This document shows positions 24,413-38,085 of a stretch of DNA of 64,000 nucleotides, piece after piece (the stretch's first letter is position 1; every line of letters begins with the position of its first letter). The notes under the pieces are model-generated. The model saw only the letters and a program-made list of their open reading frames with translations, had not been told where the DNA came from and did no database searches. Position numbers and translations under genes: made by a program. The stretch is from Antedon mediterranea (Eukaryota; Animalia; Echinodermata): assembly GCF_964355755.1 (NCBI RefSeq), contig NC_092674.1, forward strand, positions 30,380,001-30,444,000, given 5' to 3'.

Positions 24413-27400
24413 ATGGCGATGACCGGTGTGTTTTCCTTGTTTTTACGAACATGTCCTGCACCAGTAACTTTATTTCCACTTACAAAAGCTTATATTATAC
24501 GAAAATACTGCACATCAAAAAGTGTATCAGATGTTTTAAAATTGGATATTCTACAGACGACGGGAAATATTATTACGAACCCGGTAACTTAGTTTTGTTG
24601 TTAGCCCCCACGTCCACAACATGCATGCTAGTGAATTAGAGAATAGGCTGACTCACTCACACTCACAGCCTTATATGCCCCGTGGAAATTGACCTAGCTT
24701 GCCAGGCCTACTTAGCTGGGACTGTAAGAGATTAACGACTCAACCACATGACCTCTTTTATTTATTTATTATTATAGACTACTTTCTTTATATTTCTCTA
24801 TGTTTAAAATAATTTATAATAATATACAATTTTCCCAATTTTGTTTCTGTATGTTTTTTTAGGGATGGGTACAAGCTATTCGTTCACATAAAGGAATATG
24901 TTTTCTTGATATCAATGATGGTTCATGTATTGACTCCCTTCAAGTGGTAGCAAAGTCAGATGCTATGCCAGAGTAAGTCGGAATTATTATTTCGATTAAA
25001 AAAAAAAAAATAGCGTAGAGTAGAATTCAGGATTGTTTAAACGGGAGAGCGCTAATATAATAAATTTTATTAATATTATTATTTATATATATATTAGTAA
25101 AATAATCATAGTTTGTCAAAAATATATATCAAAAAGTGGTTAATATTAATTTAATTTTAGCTATCAAGCAGGGAGCATGCATTTTTTTTTATTGCTTTAT
25201 TAAACAATGAAAAAAAAACAACTTTAAATTATTATTTTTTTCCAATTATGAAGTGAAATAACAATTGGATGTTCAGTACAGATAGAAGGATCGTTGGTAC
25301 GAAGCAAATCCCCAGGCCAGTCCTCAGAACTCAAGGCAGATATTGTCAAAGTCATTGGAGAGTGCAATCCACAGGTAAATGTTACCTCTCATTTAGATTC
25401 ATTAGATAAATGGTCACAAAACCGAGTCCACATTTCTATGACATTATTAACTATAACACAAAACAAGATAATGTAACTCTATATGCACCACTCCACACAC
25501 ATGACAGTATGCATACAAATTGCAATGAGCTAGAGCCAGAGTGGAGAAATAGCCTTCAACAATGAAGTTTGCTCTAAGAGTACAGCAACACTCATTGGGC
25601 CTGCAGTGTCTTGCTGGTATAGTAGGCTGCTACTCTGGGCCTGCAGTGTCTTGCTGGTATAGTAGGCTGCTACTCTTTCACTTCAGTATACCATCATAAC
25701 TAATTTTTTTCTAATAACTATTTTACAATAACAATATTCTATTTTCGTTGTCACACAGGAGTATCCGTTCAAACCAAAGGCACGGTATCATGCAGACTTT
25801 TTGCGACAGCTTCCTCATCTACGATCAAGAAACAATATTTTTAGTTCATTGTTAAGAATTCGGAATGCGGCAACAATTGCGACTCATAAGTTTTTCCAAG
25901 ATAGAGACTTCCTGAATGTACACACCCCGATTATCACGTCCAATGACTGCGAGGGCGCTGGAGAACTGTTTGCTGTTAAGGTTTGCGCTGTTCTTATATG
26001 TACAAAGCACTTTCATGGAATGTTATTTTTATTTTGTGCATGCAAAAAAAAATTACATTAAGACAGATTTTAAAACTCAAATTCTATGTGCTGCACAAGT
26101 CATAATATATATCTCGGTATCTTTATTTTTAAAAACATGACAATTCACTGAGGCAAATAAAAATCTGTAGCAGCCAAACATTTTTTAATAATTTCATACA
26201 AAAAAAATATATAAAAAAAAACCCAAAAAACAAAAGAGAAGCAGCAAAATTGAAAATGTTCGTAATAAAAATAATATAGGAATAATAATAGTTTCAACAT
26301 GTTGTATAATGTATTTTTTCAGTCTGCAAATACAAAAGTAGAGGATGTCAATTTTTTCAATGTTCCTGCATATCTAACTGTTTCTGGTCAGTTACATTTG
26401 GAATGCATGGCATGGTAAGACTTTAGAAATAATTTCTTAAGCTCTGTCTACACTATCAAACTTTATGTGATGTGCCCATATATGGACATGGTGATTTCAT
26501 ATCACTACCATATTTGAACATCACTACCATATTTGGGCACATCACACTTTATTAGTCCAACTTGTTGATAGTGTAGACAGAGTTTAGATAGTCTCACTCC
26601 ACTCCTGCTGTGTAAATAGATATCTTAAAATGTCTTGTCTGATTTTCATAAATTTGTTTGGCCCATGGGACTGTGTGGGGTAGTACACTATCTTTTGTGT
26701 TCTGTCTATTTAATAATATATTTCTTTATTATATAAGTTCTCATAGCAAAGTGTACACAATAGGGCCAACGTTCAGGGCTGAGAACTCGAAAAGTCGTAA
26801 GCATTTATCAGAATTCTACATGGTTGAAGCGGAGATTATTAATACAAAAACAATAGAAGATTTAACACAAGTAAGAATAATGTTAATGAAGATATCAAAT
26901 AATTGTTTTACGGTCATGGACTAACAGACAAACAGACAAAATTACATATTTCCTTTTCACAATCCATTCTCCACTAATTTATTATATCCATAACGCATTT
27001 TAAGTAAAGTGAAAAAAAAAAACTGAATATAAACATTGTGTAAGTTTTTGTACTAAAATTAATTTACATTACTGTATATTTAGTTGATTGAAGATTTTGT
27101 AAAAGAAACAACACAGCATGTTCTTGAGGAAAGATCAGAAGACGTTTGTTTATTTCACAAGCAAGTAGCGCCAGGTCACAGGGTACAGTATACTGTATAA
27201 TTATTAAAATGCCTTATTTAATATTTCATATGAATGTTACTTGTGATTGAATAATCATAATATAGATCATGTTATATAACACTTAAATAAATTCCTGTCA
27301 TTTGATTGGACGATTGTGGGTCACATGGCATGCAATAGTATGATGATGATATTAAACTTTTTGTTTGGTTCTTTTCTTACAGGAAATCATTGATAAAATG

Positions 27401-28976
27401 CTGAAATGTAATTTTAATATGTAAGTACTGTATTTTAATAATAATAATGGTAGTCATATATAGCGCCTAATACAATATTTCTAAGCATTTTTCACACTAA
27501 AACGATCCATAAAATATCCTAACCAAAAAAGTTAGAAAAGCAGAGGAACCATTTACACCGCTCCTTCTCCAGCACTTTGAAGCTCCCACGTGAAACTAAG
27601 CGATCAACATACTTGCACATTTTAAGACAACAACATTTATTTTAATTTGCTACATATTTAGTATATCATACACAGAAGCAATTGCACTCTTGGAGAAGAA
27701 CTCAGACAAATTCATCAATAAACCATTTGTAAGTAAAAATTTGTTTTTTGAAAAAAATAGAAATGTAAATCAAGAGTGTAGAGTAGAGTTGTAGCTTAGT
27801 GGTTGATATGCTTGACTACCGATTCAAGGATCCTGTGTTCAAATCCTGTCAGATGCCAGGATTTTTCTTCTCATGACAGGAACAACTTCATTACCACAGA
27901 CTTGTTTAAGACTTTGTTTATGGAGAGAGTCTTGTGTATATGTTTGTCTTTTGCCACCTTTGAGGAGGATAGTGAATTAATTTGCTTCCTTCGCAATTTG
28001 CCATAATATATTAAAACAATCTGTACTTCTTTTCATTTTTAGTGGGGCTGTGATTTGAATACGGAACATGAGGTGTTTTTGGTGCATTATTTTGATGATA
28101 CACCAACATTTGTAGTAAACTTTCCAAGCGAAATAAAAGCATTCTATGCAAGAGAGAATGACGACAGTCCACAGACGGTAAGGCTTTCTCTTTACTCCTC
28201 CTTTACATTTAGAATACAGTATTTGTCTAAAATTCACAATAGCGCAGTTTAACTTTTAAATAATATACTATAGTTTTATGTATAGGTCTTACAATGATGA
28301 AGGTGTTGCCCGAAAGTTCTGCTAATTTTTCTGGCTGTTTTACTTTATCGTTTTGATTTAGCTTTTCGGTTTTTTTTGTATCTCCATTGAGATCCAGCCA
28401 CTGATACCCACAGCATTGTCATTTTTTCAGTAATTTTCCTTTGGATTTATATATATATATATATATGTTTTATATTTTATGTATCCCTTTAATTTTTCAT
28501 TCATGTTTAAAACTTTGTAAATCTTGTCTGTGTATTGTGATTTTAAAGTTTTATTGTAAGTTTTTAAATATGTTTTTATGAATGTTTTTAATCTATTGCT
28601 CTAAACAGGACTAACAGGTGCAATATATGGTATGCTCTTTAATCCTGTATGAATAAGTTAAAAAAAATCTCATACTTACTCTTTGAAGTACGACTGTTTC
28701 CAACAGGTATCAGCAGTTGATTTACTGGTTCCTGGTATTGGAGAGCTAGTTGGTGGAAGTCTCCGAGAAGAAAGAACAACTGTTTTAGAAGAAAAACTTA
28801 AAAATAATGGTTTATTAGATGTGTACGATTGGTACGTAGATCTACGAAGGTTTGGTTCGGTACCACATGGGGGTTTTGGATTAGGGTTTGAGCGGTATCT
28901 ACAGTTTTTGTTGGGGGTAGAAAATATAAAAGATGTTATACCATTTCCACGGTTTACTCATTCCTGTAGATTATAA
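24413..28976 (+). CDS. NARS2: Mitochondrial asparaginyl-tRNA synthetase (multi-exon)
   Basis: Exon 1 (from ATG 24413) encodes an acidic-poor, targeting-like peptide. Later exons read [10 protein letters not shown]...[66 protein letters not shown], and [12 protein letters not shown]...[12 protein letters not shown]...DVIPFPR. Confidence 0.95.
26440..26584. mobile_element. Family A MITE
   Basis: AGCTCTGTCTACACTATCAAAC...GATAGTGTAGACAGAG. Confidence 0.8.
27785..27925 (+). mobile_element. tRNA-derived SINE (second family)
   Basis: Box A TAGCTTAGTGG and box B GTTCAAATCC; a related degenerate head lies at ~7628-7700. Confidence 0.5.
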
Positions 28977-28983
28977 TTTATGA

Positions 28984-29225
28984 ATAACCAATGAGCTGCT
29001 AGAGTGCAGACTCCAATGTTATGACTGTTTAAAATAATCAATGAGCTTCTATAGATTGGCTGGAGTGTGGACTCCAATGTTATGAATGTTTAAAATAACC
29101 AATGAGCTTCTATAGATTGGCTAGAGTGCAGACTCCAATGTCATGACTGTTTAAAATAATCAATGAGCTTCTATGGATTGGCTATAGTGCGGAATCCAAA
29201 GTTATGAACGCTTAAAATGAGCAAT
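28984..29225. repeat. ~61-bp tandem repeat x~4 in the NARS2 3' UTR
   Basis: The unit AATAACCAATGAGCTTCTATAGATTGGCTAGAGTGCAGACTCCAATGTTATGACTGTTTAA begins ~8 nt after the stop codon. Confidence 0.85.
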
Positions 29226-30007
29226 GGAGCAAATATAACGGCTATTTAATATGATTGTTACACAGTCACACACAACTACACCTGTGTAATAACATCCATA
29301 TCAAACTCAATTCAGGATCCCATGCACTTGGCTGTACAGTATATCTGAAGAACTATTACAAAGTAATAGAGCTGTACTGAAAGAGTCAATGAAATACATT
29401 TTCAACAAAGTTCATGTTCAAGTTCTCTTTTATTGAAAATACATTTTATCTATCGCAAAACTACAAAAGCTAAAAGTTAAAAAAGAAGCTGCTAGGGTTG
29501 TAATTTATACATGTAAATGACAACACAGAAAACTTACAATGCTTTATCGGACATCACACACATTTTGTAATGTTTTTTTATGATCACCAGATGTGATTAA
29601 ATATTATAAATAACCACAAATTTATCGTTGTTTTTTATCTCTTTTTGGCAAGAACAGTGATGTTACATTCACAATATTAATTTTTATTTCCTTGATATTA
29701 AAGAACAATTATGGATGGAAGACACATTTGTCTTTGATTCTGATTTACTGTACCTGCACAAATAAGCCCAGAGTGTTTCAAAATTTATTGAGTTTAATAG
29801 AGAGTGATGATGAATTCAAAATTATCATAGAGTGTAAGTTTATGAAGTAGTACTGATTGTATACATACAAATCATTTATTTAGTGCGATGTACGGATCCT
29901 GTTAGCATAGGAATAGTGTAAAAGTAGGTCTCATTCGAATAGGTACAGTAAGGACGATTCATGAACAAACAATTAAACATTAAATGTATTCAAATCTATT
30001 GGTCAAA

Positions 30008-33000
30008 TTAGGAAGATACGTTGATGGTCTTGTAACCAGTAAGGTTCGTTAGTTCCTTGGAGTTGAACCCAACGATAAATTGACGACTTCCGCTGCGCTT
30101 TGGTGTCAAACGAGCATTCAGTTGAACATTCTCATTTCCCCTGATGTGCCTAAACAAAATATTACAAAATGTTATTAATGATATTAATTAATAATATATA
30201 TCATTGATACTCAAAATACTGGACACCCACCCCAATATGTCTGGTTTTCCTGAAATTCTGAATGTATTTATAATGGTAAAAAATTATAATTATTTAGAGG
30301 TCAAGAAGAGTCTGACTGTGGGAGGGGTTGTTATTCAGTCCATTAATGGATTCATTGATTGTACTTACTTGTATGGAATGCTCTTAGAGCCTTCTATGCC
30401 AGGACCTTCTACACGGAACACACACTGGGTCAGGTTGATCTCTAGCGGGTTGGTGAACTTTACAGTTAAATTGAAGGCTTCATCAACAGTCACAGTACTG
30501 TCATCAACCTATAAACCACAACAACATGGATTCATTCATACAATTTTGTTATATATTTACATAATATACAGGGTTCTTAAACTTACAGCACAAAATATTT
30601 TTATACCAGTTCGTATTTACATAATGATATGAATATCTTTATCATTTAATTTGGCTTATAAATAAGCTCCGTCTACACTATCAAATTGTATGTGGAAAAA
30701 AAATGTGACGTGTTCTAATAGACATGATGATGTCATATCAATACCATATTTGGGCACATTACACTTTTTATCAAACTAGTTTGATAGTGTAGACATGGCT
30801 TTAAACTTACAGACACATCCAGATCTGGTTTGGTAAGACTTAAGTCATATGTACCAGAGAAAGCCTGCTTGGTTTGCTGGACTCCAGCCATTATAAAAAA
30901 CTTGATGGCTGCATAGTCAACTAACTCTGGTATGTACTGCTCTGCTTCTACTTTGAACACCAATGTTGTTGCTGAGAAAAGAGCAAAGTATTACTCATTT
31001 AAAATTGTAATATAAACACAGATATTGAAACAATTTGCCTGGGTTAAAGGTTATGTTGACATACAGTATTCACCAATCAGATATTTCCCCTAAATACTAG
31101 GTATTATATCAATGTACATTCATATATAAACAGATATTGAAAATATTTGTTTACAATTGTCTAGGTTATTAGCTTGTGGACATATTCACTAATCATAGAT
31201 ATTTTCCTTAATACTAGGTTGTTCACTGTGATATTCAGATTATAATTTTTTTTAATTTTAGGTGTACATATACAGAATACGTGAGTGAGTGGCCGAGCGG
31301 TTAAGACAGTGGAACCGTAATTACGTAGCCATAACATCGGCAGGGATTCAAGGCTCACTCACTCCATGGTTCTGGTGGTAGAACGAGTCTTCTCGGATAA
31401 GGACTATAAACCGTAGGTCCAGTGTACACATCTAGCTCGTGTGCACTTTAAAGAACCTAGTACATCTTTCGAGACGAGTAGGGGGTTACCCCGGTGTATT
31501 AGTACACCGGGGGTTACCCCGGTGTATTAGTACATCACAGCCACTGATCACCAACTGGGCCCTCTGGGAGACCAGTCTTTGACTGAAGAGGTTACCCAGT
31601 ATAAATATATATTTCAATTCAACTGTGAATACAGATGCTTATAATGACATATTATTAGGTAAAACAATTGATATAGGTAAATAAATCACAATTATAAAGA
31701 AAATTAACAATGACATAATCATATTATTGGTGTAACCCATTTCCAGCATAAAAACTTACAAGCATTTGCCTTCAGTTCCGCGTATTTCTTATCACGGATA
31801 GCGATTCCTGCGACCACACCAGTATAGTACACAGTCTTGCCGTTCACGTTTACAAACAAATTTCTTTTCTCTGAAGTTGTGTTCTTAACGGTGACCTTGA
31901 CATCAAAGTCTTTTCCGATCTTGACATCGTCAGGAATGTTGACGGAGAAGCTGACATCGGTTGAGACGTGCTTTTGGAGACGTTTCTTCCTGCGTATGCT
32001 ACGGAGTGCAGTTGCCACTGAAGTACGCTCTTCAACTGAGCCTGTAGTGAATATTTATAAACAATATTTGTTTATTATAATTCTGTAATACAGCATCTGA
32101 TGTTTTTCACATGTGACGGCTGTATTATGGAAGGTTATTTTAAATTAGGATATAATTGTCACATGTGGGAAATATGATATAGTACCAAGAATTTGCTTAA
32201 ATGTTTAGTTAACTGCTGTTCAAGAAATACAATTTTCCTTCGTACATTTCAAACAAAACTGTTACAGCAGTTTTAAGAGCCCTAGTGGATGGAAGAAACA
32301 AATCTATTGAAATTTATGGACACTTTTCACACAAAAAATACAAGAAGTCAATCAACCAAAACTCTAAATGTTCCAGCATGGAACAATATTTATGGAAAGA
32401 GAATGTTTAATTATAGAGCATCAACCTTATGGAATAATCTTCCTGTACATATCCGTAAAAATTATGAGACACTTAGTCAAGTTGAAATTAAACATCTTGT
32501 ATAACTTCTATTGTACATAGTTTTAATATAGCTTTTACTTTTATTTTTCTTGTATTTTTTTCCAAATCTGGACCTCTTGGGAGACCAGTACTTGTGTATT
32601 GAAAGAGCTATTCCAGAATAAAGAAAGATTTGTATTGTATTGTATTGTATCTAATAACTCACCCTCTCTAAATTTATAGTCATTAGTAACATCATGTCTG
32701 GCGTATCTTCCAACAGCCTTTGTGCTCATATTCATGCCTACATAGTCTGAATCGGTATCAATGACTGAAAAGTTCTAAACATCAAGGAATTTGAGTTAAT
32801 ATTAAACATTAATAAATACTACCAATCATGAAATTTGCAGATAATGACAATTCAAAAGATAAAAAATTAATTTTAATAATGATTAATAAATAAAAAAATT
32901 GAAAAGACAAATAACTGTGCATACCCTTCCATCTTCACTAACTCTCCAATCAACCTTTTCAGCATTGACTTCCGCAAAGACAAATTTGGTGTCGTAATCA

Positions 33001-36000
33001 AGATAAACATGTCCTCTCTTGATAGCAGTCAAAGACGAGGGACCCATACGATAGATTCCGGCACTAGTCTCTTGTGGAGTGGCATCAACAGCCTGCCACC
33101 CTCCATAGCCGTCAGGAAGGTCAGCTCGAGCCATCCAGCAGTCATTCCAAACATGGAAATTCCTATAAGCAATAACATAAAATTGGACAAAAGTTGTGAC
33201 TTACAATAAGCAGTGGCATTGGGAAGTGTTGGATACAACATCAAAATGATACCAATCTAGAGACAAGCTGTGCAATATGGCACCATTTTACTCTGGGTGT
33301 TGGGGAAGAGGGATCAGGGGAAGAGAGCAATGTGCGCACACTCCTCTTTTGACAACTAAAATGAAATTATGAATTAATTCCAATTTCTCAAATTCAATAT
33401 ATTTTATATATGCTTCCACATTTAAAACAATCATGGACTTTTGTACTTTTAGCTGATTGAAGACAGTACAGTTGCGATGTGTTTTTTTTCTTACCAAATA
33501 CTGTCATCATTAAGGTCCTCCAGTGGATCACCATTGTCGTCGTAATGGTAATCCAGAGTGAGGTTGGCATCAGTGTCATGGGCTGAGCCAAAGTTGGTAG
33601 TGGTCCTTGTAGGTACACCAAGTGCTCTCATCACTAAAAGAATACAACCAGCAAGACATAAGATAACAAATATATAAGAAATAACTACAATAATGAATAA
33701 TATTTTGCCTCTAAAGTCAAATGTTTGTTTGAAACAGTTTTCTGCTATTTGGTGCCTGTATAGACAAGTTACTGTCACATGACTACAAAGACTGTTATTT
33801 GATTGGCTGAGTTCACAGCCCTCATCAAACTCACAATGGTGCATGGGTTCAAATTAGTTTTCTGCAATTTGTTAAAATTTTCACCTGGTTAGGTGTAACC
33901 TGAATCCAACCTACCCAACATAATTACACAATGACATTCATTAAAAACCTACATGTTGTGAAAACGGAGCCAAAAACCCAGCATTGTCCATATTTGACCG
34001 ACTGACCAGTCTTCATGTACTCTTCCAAGATGGCCACACTACCATTCCAAGTGGTTGGCGATGTACCATCTTCATAGTCTCCACTCCAGTTACCAACCAA
34101 AACGCCATCATCATCCTGGGAGTTCACCTGTTATAGAACAAACAAATGTTTTCTTTATGTTTCCTCAACTTTTTTATAAAATTGTTTCAAAAACAAAGTT
34201 GAATGAACAAAAAACCTACCATTGCAGACATAGCTCTCGTGACTTCGACAACATTAGAACGCTTTACTTGTGATAAGCTGGACCTTTCCAACAGAAGCAT
34301 GGCACACTCCAAGGCGACTGCCTCAAATTGACCTTGATACCAAGGACCGCTGCCAATCTGCTTCTTGCTACCGTAGAAGTACTGACCGTTTTCATTCATT
34401 ACATACTCGTTTCGCTCTTTGTCATCTTCCATGTACACATCACCCTCTAGAATTGTGGGGAAAAATGATTAAATACTGGGTGGTCAAAGTAATGTGTGTA
34501 CACTGGACCTACAGTTTATAGTCATTATAGTCATTATCCGAAAAGACTTGTTCTACCACCAGAACCATGGAGCGAGCGAGCCTGCCTCAAACCCTTGTAG
34601 ATGTTATTACTACATTATTAAGATTCCACTGTCCGTTTGGCCACTCATTCCTAAGTATACAAGGATGTAAACCACAAAGACACCAATTTAGATGTACTTA
34701 CTTTTGAACCATGGGTTAAAGAGCATAAATATATCGTCATCAAACTTCATCTCATTCTCATCAGCATTGTTCACCCTAGTTATCACAATCAGTTCATGTC
34801 TGCCGATGATCATATCAGCATCTCCAGGGTTGACACACAGGCAAACCTTGGTTCCTTTGCTGCTTACTAAAGTCACGCACCATTCGTCTTCCACTTTCTT
34901 TTTGGCAAATGGTATGATAATACGAGAGCCGTACGAAACACGGGGGCGATTACCTGGAATACAACAGAGAATTATTAGTATGGCAGTTATGGTGAGTTTG
35001 ATGAGGAGATGGACTGAGATTGCATTATGATATATATTCACCATTTTCAAGAGATGCAACCTGATGTATTGTTGCCAAAGACAGACTTTGAACGCCAAAT
35101 GTGGCTTGTCAACTAAGGGAATATTTTTGCCAAATGCTACACAATACAACTTTATTACTACCAATTTATCAAATGGTATCTGCCAAAAATGCAATACAAA
35201 ACCATTTGTCCTACTCCATATTTGGATGGATCAGCAGATATGGCTAATCAATTTCAGATTCAGATGGGTAAAAAAGTTGTGTACTGCTAATTATATTTTT
35301 TCTTTTAAATTAAGGCAACAATAAAACAAGAAGTAAAAAAAATGGAAATAAACATCTTTAAAAGTTGTTAATTAACAACAGCTGTTATTAATTACTTTAA
35401 GATATTTGAAAGGCAGCCACACCAAGGGCAACTTTAAGCATTAATGTAATAGAAAGTATGGAGGGTTCTCCATGTAGAAACTAATGAGTTGTTATAGAAA
35501 ATAAAAATGTCTAGTCATGATGAAGAAATTTTATGTATTTGAAGGTAATTCTAATTAAAACCATGGAGCTATACAAAGCCAATTTTATAGCTCCATGTTA
35601 GATCCATTCAGATTCAAGATTCAAGAAATTTTATTTGTCCATAAAAATGGAAATTCACTTTGCTTGGTAGATTAAAACAACAATATTGCAACAATTTAAA
35701 AACGTGCAGTATTATAACAGATTAAAAATACAAGATAAAAAGTTAAAAATACTGTTAAAAATGTAAAACTATTAAAAATTGCATTAACGTCTTACATTAG
35801 AATTAAAAATATGAATGCTATTTACAACAAAGGATTTTCTAGTTCTACAAAGATTTGCTTTTGGAGGTCGTAGCCTAATGCCTGATCTATTTAAGTTATA
35901 ACAGTATTCATGGATTTATTTTAGAAAAGTTCTTTAGCCCACATCACAAATTGTAAGGTTTGAAAAAAATGTGACAAAGAAATTACTATGAAATAGTTTT

Positions 36001-38085
36001 CTCCTTGACTTCACTATTATAATGAAAGTAAGTTTAGATTATGTGTTAGTATGTGAACTACCGATCAACCCTTTGTACTTCATAACACAATTGAACTCAT
36101 GAATCAACAACCAATGAATGCACGGATTAAATCTCAAAGACGCTGAGCATTATTTCAATTTACTGACTTAATCACGCCATAACGAAGGAAGGAGAAGGAT
36201 TATTTATTCAAGAGCAACATTGTACAACTTAATCACGCCTTAACAAATTTATGTTCAGGGGAAGGGATAGAAATATTTATTCAAAAGACTGTAAAAATCA
36301 ACATTGTTTGTACACCTTTTGTTGTTTACTTTTACTTTCTTTCACTATTCAGATATAATTATAAAAGGAAAAACAATGTTAGTTTCACATTAGAGAGATT
36401 TGAAATCTTTTGTTTTTATAAAGTTCTTTACCAATAGTTATACTGTAATAATGATTAAAGAAATAAATTTAAATAACTAATTCATTTTATTTGGTTTTTT
36501 TTTTCAACAATTTTCAACCAAAATTTGATGCGGACCAAGATGTGAAAACAACATTTTTTTTTTATTTGGCCTAACATAAAACACTAAGTACTAGTAGAAT
36601 GTTTTAACAGTTACTATAGTATTAACAGGGAAGAGTTCCCTGGTATTAATAAGAAGTAACATTCATGCAATGGAAGCTTTATATCAGAAATTGTACACTA
36701 AAAAGTTAATTGTTTGTCAGGGCTTTGTAGTATAAGTACAAAACATGAAGGTCGACTAATTATACTTTGCTTTTGAGGAGGTCCCTGGAAAAGCTGCTGG
36801 CTTCCTGTTTTAATTGTGATAATAAGAGCAGACTACAGTATAGGTATACTCCAAGGCTAGATTATGCAACTGCATCTGAGAGGTATCCAAGGTTGCATCA
36901 GTCAAGGACCTCTAATTTAATACAAGAGCATTTTATGAATGAAATATTAACTACTGGATTTATTTCACACAACACATATAAATTAGTTTTTAATAAATGA
37001 GTCAATAAGCGAAATATTTAAGGAAATTGATTCAGTATTACTATCAATCAGGCATTCAAATCCTTCTAAAGATAAATTTACATATTATTATTTCCACCAT
37101 GGAGGTATATACACACATAACCGATACCATAGTAAGTTCAATACCAGTGAACATAGGTAGGTAGGCAATCTTATTGTTTATAATTTTGAATATACAATGT
37201 AAAGAATAATCCCATTAACAAAAGAAAATGTTAGACTATAATAAAACATACCAAATCTGAGCTCGATTGTGATGTTGTCTTGAGCTGGCTTAAATTCTCG
37301 ATCAAACTCAACTTCAAGCGTAAAAGACTGCCCTCTACGGAGGATTAACTCATCAATTTCATATTCGCTTGTGTGATGTTCCCTCTTATTTCGCTCCAAC
37401 AACATGTCAATGCTTTTAATTTTCAATTGTTTTGCTTTGAAATAAACACATTTGTAAGTCTGACATTTGAAAATAAATAAAAATTAGAATTTATACCAAT
37501 ACTGCTGAAAATAAACCAGTTTGGTTAGATTGTTTTAACTTCTTCCTCAGAATTTAAAATATATATAATTTATCAGTGTAATTTTTTGACAAGGTTATAG
37601 TTCATTAGTAATTATAATTTTGGGTCACCGAAAAAAAAAAAAAATACCAGCAAATTACTATAATACCATCTTTTTATAATGATTCTGTTAAATATTTACT
37701 TTTTAACTGCATCAATAGAGGGAGAAATTATTTATTTATTCTATTCTTTATTTTCTTAATTCTATTTCTTTTGTTGATGCATTTAATTCTATTTTTTAAA
37801 TAATTTTTTTTCTTTTCTTTTTGGATGAATAAATTATTGAAATGAAATAAAACACCGCCGCTTGTGAAATACATTTAAAAAACAGATTTTTTAAAAACAA
37901 AATTTACCTGTTACTGGTGGGGCTGGAATAACAATTTCCTTGTCCGAGACATTCCTTCTACCAGGTTGTTTTCTTAAGTCGTTAATTTTCGAAGCATTAC
38001 GAGACACTGGGTAGGGTTCATAACGTCCAGAATAGCCAAATCGGGTTGGCGCACGTGTTCTTCTGCTTGATCTTCGTGGTGCCAT
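30008..38085 (-). CDS. Transglutaminase (protein-glutamine gamma-glutamyltransferase) with an Arg-rich N-terminal extension; 12 coding exons
   Basis: [25 protein letters not shown], catalytic [34 protein letters not shown] and FVFAEVN, then C-terminal barrel exons to the stop at 30008. A non-coding upstream exon is likely near 38620-38790. Confidence 0.93.
30665..30800. mobile_element. Family A MITE
   Basis: AGCTCCGTCTACACTATCAAA...TTTGATAGTGTAGACATGGCT. Confidence 0.8.
31281..31625 (+). mobile_element. Full-length tRNA-derived SINE with Deu/Nin-type central domain and LINE-like 3' tail
   Basis: Box A TGGCCGAGCGG. The central CTTCTCGGATAAGGACTATAAACCGTAGGTCC...GTGCACTTTAAAGAACC...TTCGAGACGAGTAGGGGGTTACCCCGGTGT resembles the Deu domain of AmnSINE1/SINE3. 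A 3' stem-loop lies at 31555-31599. A partial minus-strand copy occurs at ~34495-34650. Confidence 0.78.
32289..32650 (+). mobile_element. 5'-truncated CR1/L2-group LINE 3' end
   Basis: HTKNTRS...[18 protein letters not shown] is typical of the CR1/L2 ORF2 C-terminus. It is followed by a 3' UTR stem-loop, AATAAA and a (TTGTA)n tail. Confidence 0.75.

Noticed and set aside
31281-31365. tRNA genes at 31281, 27785, 7628 and 6625
   Set aside because: Only box A/B-like heads are present, without a complete cloverleaf, and they run into repeat bodies. They are treated as SINEs.
30204-35324. Plus-strand ORFs at 30204, 31837, 33009, 34055, 34270 and 34692
   Set aside because: They are antisense shadows of transglutaminase exons with no independent coding evidence.
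35605-36000. Possible minus-strand LINE 3' fragment in a transglutaminase intron
   Set aside because: Only a short repeat tail and a heavily interrupted reading frame are visible; too decayed to call.
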